NCBI GenBank assembly: GCA_963663235.2
Contig: CAXXNO010000008.1
Coordinates: 128,001 to 192,000, forward strand
Origin: Dehalococcoidia bacterium
Lineage (GTDB): Bacteria; Chloroflexota; Dehalococcoidia; Bin125
Direction of reading: 5' to 3'
DNA length: 64,000 nucleotides
Shown: positions 9,071 through 19,426 of the stretch, piece after piece
How positions within the stretch are numbered: position 1 is the stretch's first letter
How the letters are laid out: the number at the start of each line of letters is the position of its first letter
Position numbers and translations under genes: made by a program
The notes under the pieces: model-generated
What the model saw: only the letters and a program-made list of their open reading frames with translations
The model's database searches: none
Told to the model about the DNA's origin: nothing

Positions 9071-10741
9071 CTAGCCGGTGGCGTGGCGCTCGAACATTCG
9101 CACGGGCGCGACGGAATCCGAGACGGCCACGTCCACAACCGCCGTTCGCCCCGCTGCGAGCGCTTCCCGGATCGTCGGGCCGATCTCGTCGGGCTGCTCC
9201 ACGCGCCAGCCCAAGGCGCCCATCGACGTGGCGATCTTGGCGAAGTCCACGTCGCTGAACTCGGACAGCGCATACGCTTGCTTGCCCTTCTTCCCGAAGA
9301 GGAAGTCCAGCACATGCGTATCGAACTTCAGGCCGTTGTTGTTCAGCACCACCGCCACGACGGGGATGTCGCAGCGGATTGCGGTCTCCAACTCCCCGAT
9401 GTGGTACCAGAATCCCCCGTCGCCGGTCCATGCGACCACGGGACGCTCCGGCGCGCCGCATTTCGCGCCGACGGCCGCGGGGAGCGCCCAGCCCAGCGAT
9501 CCCTCGCACCGTAGAAAGTTGCGCCCCGCGGGCAGGGTGAGGTAGGCGCCGGCCCACCCGGCGGCGTAGCCCGTGTCCGATGCCATCAGGGCGTCCTCGG
9601 GCAGGCTGGCGCTAAGGTCGCGCGCGAGCCGCGCCGGCTCGATGGGCGACGCATCGGAGTCGTAGTCCTCGGCCTGCTGCTCCCACCATTCGCGCATCCG
9701 CCGCGCTACCGCCGCCGTCCACTCGGAGTGCTCGCCGCCCTCTCCAGCAGCGTCGTTCATCTGTGCCACGACCGTGCGCGCGTCGCCGATGAGCCCCAGG
9801 CTGACGGGCACGTTCTTGCCGATCTGCGCCGGGTTGATGTCGATGTGGACCACGGCGGCGCCGGGCCGCGGCAGTTTCCTGCTGTCCGTGAGCTGCCCTC
9901 CGCCGTGCGCGCCCACGAAGAGGACCAGGTCGGCGTCCTTCACGATCTCATTGCCGGCACGTCGCGAGTATGCGCCGACCGGCCCGATCGCCAACGGATG
10001 GTCGCCGGCGATGATCCCCTTCCCGGACAACGATGTCGCCACCGGCGTTTGCAGTCGTTCGGCCAGCTCCGTGATCTCCCCCCACGCACCGGATGTGATC
10101 GCTCCACCTCCTGCGATTATCACCGGTCGCTGCGCGGCCTTGATCATCCGCACCGCCTCCGCCACGTCTGCTTTGTCTGCGCTAGGGCGGTGCGGCGGAT
10201 AGCGAGTGCAGGGCACATCCGCTGGCTCCGGCACGTCGATCTCGCCTCCCTCGACGCGCGGACCAAAGCCCAGGTGTACTGGCCCCGGCGCCCCCGTGGT
10301 CGCTTCCCGGAAGGCGGTGTTCAGCAGGTCCGGCAGCCGGGTAGCACTCAGGATTTCCGCGTCAAACTTCACCGTCTGACGGAAGTCGGTGGCGATCTCC
10401 TGGTAGTCGTTCCCGCGCATGCTGTCGGTGTTGGTCTGACCGGTCATCGAGATCACGGGCGTGTGGCTTTGGAACGGCTCGGCCAGTCCGGCCATCACGT
10501 TCGGCCCGCCTGGGCCGGCCTGGGTAATCACGATGCCGGGCTTGCCGGACGCCTGCGCGTAGCCGTCGGCCATGTAGGCGGCAGCTTTCTCGCTGTGCGC
10601 GAGGACTAGCTTGATCCCTGGGTCGAGGCTGTGGAGCTCGATGAGACTAGCAAAGAGGTTCGTCGGCACCAGAAAGATCGTGTCGACCTCCGCCGCCCGA
10701 AACCACTTGGCGATGTATTCGTACCCCTTCATGACCGGCAT
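9071..10741 (-). CDS. Thiamine pyrophosphate-dependent enzyme (acetolactate synthase-like)
   Basis: HSEKAAAYMADGYA, GPG, PGPVHL, GDGGF...VLNN TPP motif. Confidence 0.9.
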   Translation of the reverse strand: MPVMKGYEYIAKWFRAAEVDTIFLVPTNLFASLIELHSLDPGIKLVLAHSEKAAAYMADGYAQASGKPGIVITQAGPGGPNVMAGLAEPFQSHTPVISMTGQTNTDSMRGNDYQEIATDFRQTVKFDAEILSATRLPDLLNTAFREATTGAPGPVHLGFGPRVEGGEIDVPEPADVPCTRYPPHRPSADKADVAEAVRMIKAAQRPVIIAGGGAITSGAWGEITELAERLQTPVATSLSGKGIIAGDHPLAIGPVGAYSRRAGNEIVKDADLVLFVGAHGGGQLTDSRKLPRPGAAVVHIDINPAQIGKNVPVSLGLIGDARTVVAQMNDAAGEGGEHSEWTAAVARRMREWWEQQAEDYDSDASPIEPARLARDLSASLPEDALMASDTGYAAGWAGAYLTLPAGRNFLRCEGSLGWALPAAVGAKCGAPERPVVAWTGDGGFWYHIGELETAIRCDIPVVAVVLNNNGLKFDTHVLDFLFGKKGKQAYALSEFSDVDFAKIATSMGALGWRVEQPDEIGPTIREALAAGRTAVVDVAVSDSVAPVRMFERHATG

Positions 10742-10869
10742 GGAGCAGGACTCCTCTCACGCGGCGCAGCCAGGCAACCTTACAGTCTCCCTGGTCACAC
10801 CGACGCCACGTGGGACCATCCCTGGCGGCAGCGGCGTCCGCCTGGCACACTCACGGCGGACGCTGATCG

Positions 10870-11682
10870 ATGGCCGACGGAATCCCACTGTTCGACGTCA
10901 GCCCCGCGGAGTTGCGCGAAGCCATCCGCAGTGGCCGCTATGCGGGGCCCACGCCGGGTCTAGCCCGCGGCTTCGCGCAGGCCAACGTCGTGATCCTACC
11001 CGACGCCGACGCCGACGATTTCGCCGCTTTTTGCCGACTCAATCCGGCGCCCTGCCCGCTCATCGCCCGGACCGATCCGGGAGGTGTGGAGCCGGGCCCG
11101 GCGGCGCCAGGCGCCGATCTGCGCACGGATGTGCCGCGCTACCGGGTCTTTCGACGCGGCACACCCGATTCCGAGGAGCCGACGGACATCCGCACCCTGT
11201 GGCGCGATGACTTCGTCGGCTTTCTGCTCGGCTGCTCCTTCACGTTCGAGAATGCACTGCGGGCCGCGGGCCTGCCCGTGCGCCACATTGACGAAGGTCG
11301 CAACGTGGCCATGTACCGCACGAACGTCTCCTGCGAGCCAGTCGGACGCTTCAGTGCAGCGATGGTAGTGAGCATGCGACCGTACGCCCCCGAGCACATC
11401 GACCGCGTGGCGGATGTGACGGCTCGCTACCCGCGAATGCACGGCGCGCCGGTCCATGTCGGCGACCCGGAGGCTCTCGGCGTGAATGACCTTGCACATC
11501 CCGACTTCGGCGACCCTCCTGTGATCTACGATCACGAGATCCCCGTGTTCTGGGCCTGCGGCGTCACAACGCAGCTCGCGCTGGCCGCCGCCCGGGCCGA
11601 GATCGCGATTACGCATAGTCCCGGCCATATGTTCGTCACTGACTTGCCCGAAGAGCGGTTCCGCGAGGATCCACGGCCCTAG
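10870..11682 (+). CDS. DUF1445/UPF0317 putative hydro-lyase (D-glutamate cyclase family)
   Basis: NPAPCP, DLRTDVPRY, GCSFTFE, HGAPVHVGDP, VFWACGVT, THSPGHMFVTD. Confidence 0.88.
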   Translation: MADGIPLFDVSPAELREAIRSGRYAGPTPGLARGFAQANVVILPDADADDFAAFCRLNPAPCPLIARTDPGGVEPGPAAPGADLRTDVPRYRVFRRGTPDSEEPTDIRTLWRDDFVGFLLGCSFTFENALRAAGLPVRHIDEGRNVAMYRTNVSCEPVGRFSAAMVVSMRPYAPEHIDRVADVTARYPRMHGAPVHVGDPEALGVNDLAHPDFGDPPVIYDHEIPVFWACGVTTQLALAAARAEIAITHSPGHMFVTDLPEERFREDPRP

Positions 11683-14660
11683 GGCGTGCGCAGTGCGTCG
11701 GCCAGCAGCTCGACCACGTGACGGGGTCGGCGGCCTGTGAAGTGGCTGATCTGCTGTCGGCAAGAGACGCCCGTGATCGCGATGGCCGCCTCCCGCGGCG
11801 CCGCCTCGATGGCCGGAAAGAGGCGGAGCGCCCCCATCGCCCGCGAGATCTCGTAGTGCTCCCGTTCGAAGCCGAACGAGCCGGCCATGCCGCAGCAGCC
11901 CGATTCCACCAGTTCCACCTCGTAGCCCGGAACAAGCGCGAGGGCCGCGAGCGTGGGCTCCATCCCGACCAGGGCCTTCTGGTGGCAGTGCCCATGCAGG
12001 ATGATGCGCCGCCGCAAGTGGTCGCCAAAGATCCGGGACACGTTGGGCTCGCGCGTGGCGAGCTGCACCAACAATTCGTCCAGCAGCAGTGACTGCCTGG
12101 CCACGACGCGGGCGGCCGTGCCGGGGAGCAGGTCCGGGTACTCATCGCGCAAGGTGAGGAGACACGAAGGCTCCGTGCCCACGATGGGCGATCCGTTCTC
12201 AGCGTACGGGCGCAAGGCCTCAACGTTGCGTTGCGCCCAGTTTCGGGCGGTGTCGAGCATACCCTGGGAGATCGCGGACCGTCCGCAGCAACCCACCTGT
12301 TTGACCAGCGTCACGCGGTAATCGAGCGCTTCGAGGATCTGCGTTGCAGATCTCCCCACCTCCGGCTGGTAGTAGGCGGTGAACGTATCGACGAATAGGA
12401 CTACCTCACCTCGCCGCGCCTCCATCGACGGTCCGGCGTGCGCTGCGAACCATTGGGGGAAGCTTTGTCGCGCCAGCGCCGGAAGCGGCCGCTCGCGGTG
12501 AACCCCTAAGGTGTGGTGGAGCAGTCGGCGCGCCACCGAGAGGCGGCCGATGGCGTTCGCCAGCGGAGCCGTCCGGCTCCCCCATCGGCTGAGCGCGTTG
12601 ATGTGGGCGAAGGCGCGCGCCCGCCACGGCACGCCGTGCGCCTCATGATATTTCGTGAGCACCTCGTACTTCAGCTTGGCCATGTCGACGCCGGACGGAC
12701 ACTCCGACTTGCACGCCTTGCACTCGACGCACAGGTCGAGCGCGGCGTGGATCCGTTCGCCCGTGAGCTCCTGAGCAGGCAGCGCCCCGTTCAGCGCCTG
12801 CCGCAAGAGATTGGCTCGGCCGCGAGTGGAGTGCTCCTCGTCCTTCGTCACCATGTACGAGGGACACATCCCACCGTCGAACTTGCGGCACGCGCCCTGG
12901 CCATTGCATTGCTCGACCGCCCGGGCGATGCCGCCATCGGCGCGGAAGTCCAGGCGTGTGGGCGGATCGAGATTCATGGTCGTCGGGCTCAGGCGCAGAT
13001 TGTCGCGGAACGGCGGCGTGCGCACGATCTTGCCGGGATTGAGCAGTCCTCGCGGGTCGAACGCCTGCTTGACCTCCCGGAACGCGGCGGTCAGACGCGA
13101 CCCGAACATCCGCTCAGTGAAGGCGCCCCGGAGGATGCCGTCGCCGTGCTCCCCGCTGAGGCTGCCCCCGAACTCCAGGACCAGATCCGCAATCTCGCCG
13201 GCTACCTGTTCCATCGTCGCCAGGCCGGCGGCATCCTTGATATTCACCAGCGGGCGGATGTGCAGGCAGCCGACGCTGGCGTGCCCGTAGTAGCTGGCGC
13301 TCAGGCCGTGCGCGCGTACCGTCGCATCGAAACGGGCAACGAACTCAGGCAGACGCTCCGGCGCAACGGCGGCATCCTCCACGAAGGCCAGCGGCTTCGC
13401 GTCCCCTCGGATGCTCATCAGCAACCCGAGGCCCGCTTCCCGCATGCGCCACATGCCACGTTGCTCCTCCGGATCGGTCGTCGTCACGACGGCATGGCCC
13501 AGTCCGCGCTGCTGGAGGTCTTCCCAGAGGGCAGCGAGTTTGTCCCGCACCTCGCCGTCCGATGCGCCGTAGAACTCGGTGAAGAGCAGGGCACCCGGCG
13601 TCCCCTGCACAAAGTCTGCCAACGACGCGTAGCCCGTGCTCTCTCTGCACCGCTTGATGATCGTGTCGTCGACGAGCTCGACCGCGGAGGGCGCATGCGC
13701 GTTCGCGGCGACGCTCGCCTCGGCCGCCTCGACGACTGAGCCGAGGTGGATCGCGGCCATCCCTCGCGCCGTGGGCTGCGGCACGAGCTTCACCCGCGCC
13801 TCCGTCACTACTGCGAGCGTCCCCTCGGAGCCAGCGATCATCTCCGACAAGTTCATCGATTCGGTCGCCGCGAACGCATCCAGGTTGTAGCCGGAGACTC
13901 GCCGCAGGATCCGCGGGAAGCGCGCCGCGATCTCCTCGCGCTGCTCGGCGGCGATCCGCCGGACGCCGCGGTAGATGTCGCCTTCCAGACCGGGCTGGGT
14001 CAGCTTCGCGGCCAGCGCGTCGCCGTCGAGGCGCTCGAAGGTGGCAGGCGTACCGTCCGAGAGCACTACGTCCATGCTCGACACGACATCGACTGTCTTG
14101 CCGTAGAGGGCCGAGTGGCTGCCGCAACTGTTGTTGCCGATGCCCCCGCCGATCGTTGCCCGGTTCGCCGTCGAAGGGTCGATCGGGTACTGCAGCCCCT
14201 GGCCGCTCACCGCGCGGTTCAGCTCCGCCAGCACGACACCCGGCTGCACGCGTGCCCAATGCTCCTCCGCGTTGATCTCCAGGATCCGGTCCATGTGCGG
14301 TGTGAAGTCCAGGACGATGGCATGGTTCACCACCTGCCCCGCCAGGCTGGTGCCGCCGCCGCGTGAGAGCACGGGCACGTTCCGCCGCGCCGCCACCCTT
14401 AGCACGTGCTGCACGTCCGCCGCCGAGCGTGGAGTCACGACCGCAATGGGCTCCATTTCGTAAATCGAGGCGTCGGTTGCGTACAGCAGACGCGAGTGCC
14501 GGTCGACCTTGACGTCGGCGGTGGCGCCCTGCAGTCCGTCGGCGAGTTCCCGGGCCAGCTCTGCTAGAGCATCGCGCCCGTGGTGCAGGAGACGCAGCGC
14601 GTTCCGAACCGACTCGTGGTCAGAGCGCGCCTTGCCTTCAATGACCTCGCGGTGCGACAT
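11679..14660 (-). CDS. FAD-linked oxidase fused to Fe-S/CCG domains (GlcD/GlcF, YdiJ-like)
   Basis: YATDAS, RGGGTSLAGQ, SGEHGDG, CNGQGAC, CVECKACKSECP, CCG, HGHCHQ. Confidence 0.9.
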   Translation of the reverse strand: MSHREVIEGKARSDHESVRNALRLLHHGRDALAELARELADGLQGATADVKVDRHSRLLYATDASIYEMEPIAVVTPRSAADVQHVLRVAARRNVPVLSRGGGTSLAGQVVNHAIVLDFTPHMDRILEINAEEHWARVQPGVVLAELNRAVSGQGLQYPIDPSTANRATIGGGIGNNSCGSHSALYGKTVDVVSSMDVVLSDGTPATFERLDGDALAAKLTQPGLEGDIYRGVRRIAAEQREEIAARFPRILRRVSGYNLDAFAATESMNLSEMIAGSEGTLAVVTEARVKLVPQPTARGMAAIHLGSVVEAAEASVAANAHAPSAVELVDDTIIKRCRESTGYASLADFVQGTPGALLFTEFYGASDGEVRDKLAALWEDLQQRGLGHAVVTTTDPEEQRGMWRMREAGLGLLMSIRGDAKPLAFVEDAAVAPERLPEFVARFDATVRAHGLSASYYGHASVGCLHIRPLVNIKDAAGLATMEQVAGEIADLVLEFGGSLSGEHGDGILRGAFTERMFGSRLTAAFREVKQAFDPRGLLNPGKIVRTPPFRDNLRLSPTTMNLDPPTRLDFRADGGIARAVEQCNGQGACRKFDGGMCPSYMVTKDEEHSTRGRANLLRQALNGALPAQELTGERIHAALDLCVECKACKSECPSGVDMAKLKYEVLTKYHEAHGVPWRARAFAHINALSRWGSRTAPLANAIGRLSVARRLLHHTLGVHRERPLPALARQSFPQWFAAHAGPSMEARRGEVVLFVDTFTAYYQPEVGRSATQILEALDYRVTLVKQVGCCGRSAISQGMLDTARNWAQRNVEALRPYAENGSPIVGTEPSCLLTLRDEYPDLLPGTAARVVARQSLLLDELLVQLATREPNVSRIFGDHLRRRIILHGHCHQKALVGMEPTLAALALVPGYEVELVESGCCGMAGSFGFEREHYEISRAMGALRLFPAIEAAPREAAIAITGVSCRQQISHFTGRRPRHVVELLADALRTP

Positions 14661-14787
14661 GCCGCCAGGCTAACAGGGGACGCCGGCAGGCTCGCTCAGT
14701 CGCGCCACATGGGTACGAATCGCACCGCACGCCGCGCAGGATCATCGCGCGGGAGCACGCGCACGTTCAGAGGGTGACGGACGGCGG

Positions 14788-15150
14788 CTACGGCGCGGAG
14801 AAGACGACGCGTCGCAGGGTCGGGCGGCGGTTCGACGTATACGGCCTCACCTCGCCCGGCCAGCGTCCTTGATCAACGGCATCCGCCCAGGCGTCACTCA
14901 CGAGGACGTCGGGACTCTCGATCTCATACATAGCGGAGTATTTCGGCTCGTCTGCCACGGTCACCGACATCCGCTCGCCATTCATGATGAAGGTCAGATC
15001 TTCGCGCTTGAAACGCGTCACCGCAACGATGCCGGGCACTTTGATCAACGTCGGGATATGTTCCGTATCGTAGATCTCCTCGAACAGCGCCTCCTTGTCG
15101 GGCTCGACGTCCATGGCAGCGGTGTAGACGTACCTGGTCTGGAACGGCAT
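14788..15150 (-). CDS. Hypothetical protein, dimeric alpha/beta barrel (EthD/DUF4286-like)
   Basis: FEEIYDTEHIPTLIKVPG, YSAMYEI; GAGAGG RBS. Confidence 0.65.
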   Translation of the reverse strand: MPFQTRYVYTAAMDVEPDKEALFEEIYDTEHIPTLIKVPGIVAVTRFKREDLTFIMNGERMSVTVADEPKYSAMYEIESPDVLVSDAWADAVDQGRWPGEVRPYTSNRRPTLRRVVFSAP

Positions 15151-15300
15151 GGCGGTTCCTCTCCTTTGCCCCGATGGTGGCCGGCGCGACGCCGCGCTGC
15201 GGCGCGTTGGGGAGGATAGCGTACCGCCATGGCGCTCCGGGGCGTCGGTCGCCCGCGGCCTTCGCCGCCGCCGAGCCCGCGCGCCGGATAGTTCAGGCGG

Positions 15301-16200
15301 TCACACCGTCACCCGGCAGACGGGACAGCGCTCCCGGTCTGGGTCGCTCTCGTCCGCCCGCAAACGGTCGTCTTCGGTCTGGTATTGGGGCGTGCTGTGG
15401 CGCGGGATGCGGTCATCACTGCCGGTCATGAAGTCGCGCTTCCATCCATCATCGTCGGACCATCGGAAGGGCAACATTTTGACGGTACCCGGGGTCGTGA
15501 GTGAGGTGAACGCTTCCAGTGCCTGCTCCAGGATCGCTCGCTGCAGCTCCGGTTCATGCGGCTTCCCTGTCGTGTGCCCCAATGGGAAGTCCAAGAACGC
15601 CGCGCGCGGCGGCTTCACGGCCTGGGTGATGTCCAGGGCGCTGCTCATCGAGAGAGTCGGCACTCCGGCCGCTTCGAGCTCCCTGGCGATCAGTCCCACG
15701 GACTGATGACAGACCGGTCAGACCGGGACGAGGAGTGCGGCGTCAACCTGCTCTTCCAGGAGCCGCTCTCGCAGCTTGGGAGCCAGCTCCTCCCTGACCC
15801 GGCGCGATGAGTAGATTCCGCCCATGCACGTGAACGCGTGCTCCGCCAGTTCCCCGATGACCCCCTCACGCACCAGACGCCGCAGCGTGTCGATCGGGAA
15901 CACTACGTTTGGGTCGTCGCGCGCGTCGGTCTGGTCGTAGGCGAAATGCGCCGTTCGCAGGTCCGCAGTCTTCACGTCGGTGGGGACGGCGCGGATCGAT
16001 GTGTCATCCCGATAGTGGAAGGCGACCTGCCCGGTCACGTAGATGCCACCAGTGGCGACGAGCCCCAAGCGGCACTCGGAAAGCGGCTTCCGCAGCGGCT
16101 GCCAGGACGGCGGCTCCTCGTTGACCACCCACTGGTAGGCGGCGTAACCGAGGTCCGCGTAGCTGTCGCGAATCCGGCGCATGTACTCGATAGGTGGCAT
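15301..16200 (-). CDS. Selenoprotein of the glycine/sarcosine/betaine reductase B / D-proline reductase PrdB family (Sec = UGA at 15720-15718)
   Basis: ORFs 15718..16224 and 15301..15699 share a frame and are joined by TGA: VDAALLVPV-U-PVCHQSVGLIARELEAAGVPT (UxxC). A SECIS-like hairpin follows; GAGGAG RBS before ATG 16200. Confidence 0.9.
15689..15707 (-). promoter_or_regulatory. Bacterial SECIS-like hairpin
   Basis: AUCAGUCC-GUG-GGACUGAU: a perfect 8-bp stem with a G-containing loop, separated from the UGA by 10 nt. Confidence 0.8.
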
Positions 16201-16316
16201 CCGCAGCTCCTCAGGCCGCCGCATTCTCTCCGCCTGCCCTCATACTACCGCGTCAACGCCACCGCCCGGCAGAGCAGCAGCGACCACGAGCGGACGAACG
16301 CCGGACCCGTCCGCGT

Positions 16317-17687
16317 TTACTGCTCCCAACCGGGAATCCAGTGCGTCCCGGCGAGCGGAACACGTGCCATGGCGGCAGCCTCGACTGTCAAGGCCACAAG
16401 GTCGTCCGGCTCCAGGTTGTGCACGTCCGACTTTCCGCATGCTCGAGCGAGCGCTGTCAGCTCCATAGTCAGCGCCCGCAGGTAGTTCGCGACGCGCCGG
16501 GCGCCCCACGCTGGGTCGAGGCGCTTCTCAAGCTCCGGATCCTGCGTGGTGATGCCCATGGGGCACAGCCCCGTCTGCATGTGGTGACAGTACCCCGGCT
16601 CCGTTCCCAGCGCGTGATAGTCGGCGGTGGCGTCGATCTCGCGTCCGTCCTGGACGTAGGTGCGGCTGTTGCACCCCAGCGCGATCAGCGCCGCCGTGCC
16701 GATTGACACCGCGTCGGCGCCGAGGGCCAGCGCCTTGGCGACGTCGGCGCCGGACCGGATCCCGCCCGAGACGATGAGTTGTACCTCACCTTCTTTGCCG
16801 ATCTCGCGCAGGGCCTCCGCTGCCTGCCGCACGGCGGGCAGCGTCGGGATGCCGGCGTGCTCGATGAACACGTCCTGTGTCGCCGCGGTGCCGCCTTGGA
16901 GCCCGTCCACCACCACGACGTCTGCGCCGGCCGCCACGGCGAGCTTCACGTCATTCACCACCCGCGTGGCCCCCAGCTTCACGTAGACCGGCTTCTCCCA
17001 ATTGGTCGCCTCGCGTAGCTCTTCGATCTTGATCCGCAGGTCGTCTGGTCCAGTCCAGTCGGGATGGCGGGAGGCCGATCGTTGGTCGATTCCGGGGGGC
17101 AGCGTGCGCATGGCGGCGACCCGCTCACTCACCTTCTGGCCCAGGAGGATGCCGCCACCGCCCGGCTTCGCGCCCTGCCCGATCACGACTTCGATGGCAT
17201 CCGCGCTCTTCAGGTCCGCCGGATTGAAGCCGTATCGGGACGGGAGGCACTGGTAGACCAGCAGCTTGGATGCACGACGCTCTTCCGGCGTCATCCCCCC
17301 GTCGCCGGTGGTGGTTGATGTGCCGACCTCCGTGGCGGCCCGGCCGAGAGCCTCCTTGGCGGTCGCCGAGAGCGAACCGAAGCTCATCCCTGTAATGGTG
17401 ATCGGGATCGCCAGTTCCAACGGCTTGGAGGCGAAGCGGGCCCCCAGCACCGTCTTGGTGTCGCAGCGCTCCCGATACCCCTCCAGGGGGTATCGGGACG
17501 CCGATGCCGTCAGGAACACGAGATCGTCGAAGGTGGGCATGACGCGCTTGCTCCCACCCCCCCGGATCTCGTAGTGGCCCATCTCGGCCATCCGGTCGAT
17601 CTGGGCGATGACCTCAGGCGAGAAGGTGTGGCTCCGCAGTCGGGCGTCGTAGGGCAGAGAAGCGCTGTCGTCGTTGCGGCCGGCCAT
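16317..17687 (-). CDS. mgsC: N-methylglutamate synthase FMN subunit (GlxD/MgsC)
   Basis: SRYPLEGYRERC, GMSFGSLS, TTTGDGG, GQGAKPGGGG, SGGIRSGAD; start codon overlaps the glxC stop. Confidence 0.88.
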   Translation of the reverse strand: MAGRNDDSASLPYDARLRSHTFSPEVIAQIDRMAEMGHYEIRGGGSKRVMPTFDDLVFLTASASRYPLEGYRERCDTKTVLGARFASKPLELAIPITITGMSFGSLSATAKEALGRAATEVGTSTTTGDGGMTPEERRASKLLVYQCLPSRYGFNPADLKSADAIEVVIGQGAKPGGGGILLGQKVSERVAAMRTLPPGIDQRSASRHPDWTGPDDLRIKIEELREATNWEKPVYVKLGATRVVNDVKLAVAAGADVVVVDGLQGGTAATQDVFIEHAGIPTLPAVRQAAEALREIGKEGEVQLIVSGGIRSGADVAKALALGADAVSIGTAALIALGCNSRTYVQDGREIDATADYHALGTEPGYCHHMQTGLCPMGITTQDPELEKRLDPAWGARRVANYLRALTMELTALARACGKSDVHNLEPDDLVALTVEAAAMARVPLAGTHWIPGWEQ

Positions 17688-18364
17688 CAGTAGCCGTGCC
17701 CTTTCAGCGTGTCGAAGTGATAGAACTCCCGTGCAGAGCCGATGCGGGTCACGTTCTCCGGATCGATGTGATCGAAGCCCGCTTGCTGGATCAGCTGCCG
17801 CACCAAACAGACATCCTCCGCGCGGAGCTCCTCCACCCGCGCGTCCGCCCCCAGCGACCGGACCGTGCCGCCCACGTAGATCACGGCTTCGTAGAGTGAG
17901 TCTCCCAACGCTTCCCCGGCGTCCCCGCCGATTAAGAGGACTCCTGCCTGCGCCATGAACCCGCTCATGTGCCCCGCATCGCCGGCGACGGCGATGGTAC
18001 CTCCTTTGAGGGAAATTCCAGCCCGCGATGAGGCGTCGCCCTCGATGACGATGATCCCGCCGTGGCTCGACGCGCCCGCGCACTCCGAGGCATTCCCGCG
18101 GACTCGCACACTGCCTCTCATCAGGTTTTCGCCCACCGACCAGCCGACGAACCCATTCACCGTGATCTCCGGTCCATCGCACAGACCGCCGATGAAGTAG
18201 CCGGCGTTCCCGTCGATGCTGATCGTGATGCGGTTCGCTAGCCCGGCGGCCAGGTTGTGGCGTCCGTTCGGCTCGGTGACGGTGACGTCGGTGCCGTCGG
18301 AAAGGGCTGCCAGCCGCTGGTTGACTTCGCGGGTGCTGAGCTCCGCGCAGCTCAGCGAGACCAT
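17687..18364 (-). CDS. mgsB: N-methylglutamate synthase GXGXG subunit (GlxC/MgsB)
   Basis: Beta-helix GxAGxxxG repeats, RAGISLKG, LGDSLYE. Confidence 0.88.
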   Translation of the reverse strand: MVSLSCAELSTREVNQRLAALSDGTDVTVTEPNGRHNLAAGLANRITISIDGNAGYFIGGLCDGPEITVNGFVGWSVGENLMRGSVRVRGNASECAGASSHGGIIVIEGDASSRAGISLKGGTIAVAGDAGHMSGFMAQAGVLLIGGDAGEALGDSLYEAVIYVGGTVRSLGADARVEELRAEDVCLVRQLIQQAGFDHIDPENVTRIGSAREFYHFDTLKGHGY

Positions 18365-19248
18365 ACGTGGATCTCCTCGGGCATCGGTTCAAAGACCGTA
18401 GCCTCCCGGATGCCGGGCAGCCCGGCGAGCGCGCGGTACTCGGAGGCCATGGCCACGTAGTCGTCGCACTCCGCGATCACCGCTGGCTTGCAGGCGAACG
18501 CGTCGCGCACCACGGCGAATTCATTGCGCGTGGCCACCAACAAGGTAAAAAACCCGTCGAGGGTGGTGAGCACCTTATCGAGCGCTTGCGCCAGGGTGTC
18601 TCCGTCTGCCATCTGCTGGGCCATATAGCGGGCGGCGACCTCCGAGTCGTTGTCCGTATCGAATCGGATCCCCTCGTCCATCAAGCGCCGCCGGACCGTG
18701 GCGTAGTTCGAGAAGCTGCCGTTGTGGACCAGGCAGAAGTCCGCCGCTGCCGCGAAGGGGTGCGAGTGGTCCGTAGTGACAGCCGACTCCGTGGCCATCC
18801 GCGTGTGCCCCAGGCCCTGGTACCCCGAGCGATCCGCCGTCCCGTAACGCTGACAGACGTCGCTTGGCGATCCAACGTCCTTGTAGACTTCTAGGGCGTG
18901 TCCGAACGCAAAGACACGGACCTCTGGAGCTTCCGCCTTGAGCGCATCGAGCAGTTGCTCGGTCCCGTGCTCCGCGATCAGGACGGCATCATCGGCGATG
19001 CGGCGAATCTGAGTCCCGCTGTCCGGCCGTCCGTTCAAGCGGTGGGCCAGGCCCTCCCAGTCGTAGCCGGGGCCGGGAGCGCGCAGGGAGTAGCGATAGC
19101 TGCCTTCCGGCAGGCCGTCCTCGTACAGCGCGATGCCCGCGGAGTCGGGGCCCCTCTCGCTCATGGCGAGCAGCATGGGCGTTAGCCAGGCGCCCAGCCG
19201 CGGATACAGAGCCGGTTTCTTGAGGTGCAGCCCGACAATCCCGCACAT
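18352..19248 (-). CDS. mgsA: N-methylglutamate synthase amidotransferase subunit (GlxB/MgsA)
   Basis: N-terminal MCGIVG (Ntn Cys), RGPDSAG, GHTRMATES, HNGSFSN, TDNDSEV. Confidence 0.88.
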   Translation of the reverse strand: MCGIVGLHLKKPALYPRLGAWLTPMLLAMSERGPDSAGIALYEDGLPEGSYRYSLRAPGPGYDWEGLAHRLNGRPDSGTQIRRIADDAVLIAEHGTEQLLDALKAEAPEVRVFAFGHALEVYKDVGSPSDVCQRYGTADRSGYQGLGHTRMATESAVTTDHSHPFAAAADFCLVHNGSFSNYATVRRRLMDEGIRFDTDNDSEVAARYMAQQMADGDTLAQALDKVLTTLDGFFTLLVATRNEFAVVRDAFACKPAVIAECDDYVAMASEYRALAGLPGIREATVFEPMPEEIHVWSR

Positions 19249-19426
19249 GGCGTCGCTGTCTCCTCTGCTTGCTGAACGCCTTCCCGGCGCCGCGCAAGGG
19301 TTCCCACATGGTACCGGGCGTCGCAGCTGCGGCAACTTCGTAGCCAGCATATCCGCGGCCACCGCGGTTTGTCGTATCCTGGGCAACCGCCGGGCGGTGG
19401 ACGCGCCGAGCGACAGGAGGAAGCCC

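Noticed and set aside
16317-19248. Ordinary glutamate synthase (gltB)
   Set aside because: It is split into three genes next to a type III ligase and soxBDAG, which fits N-methylglutamate synthase.
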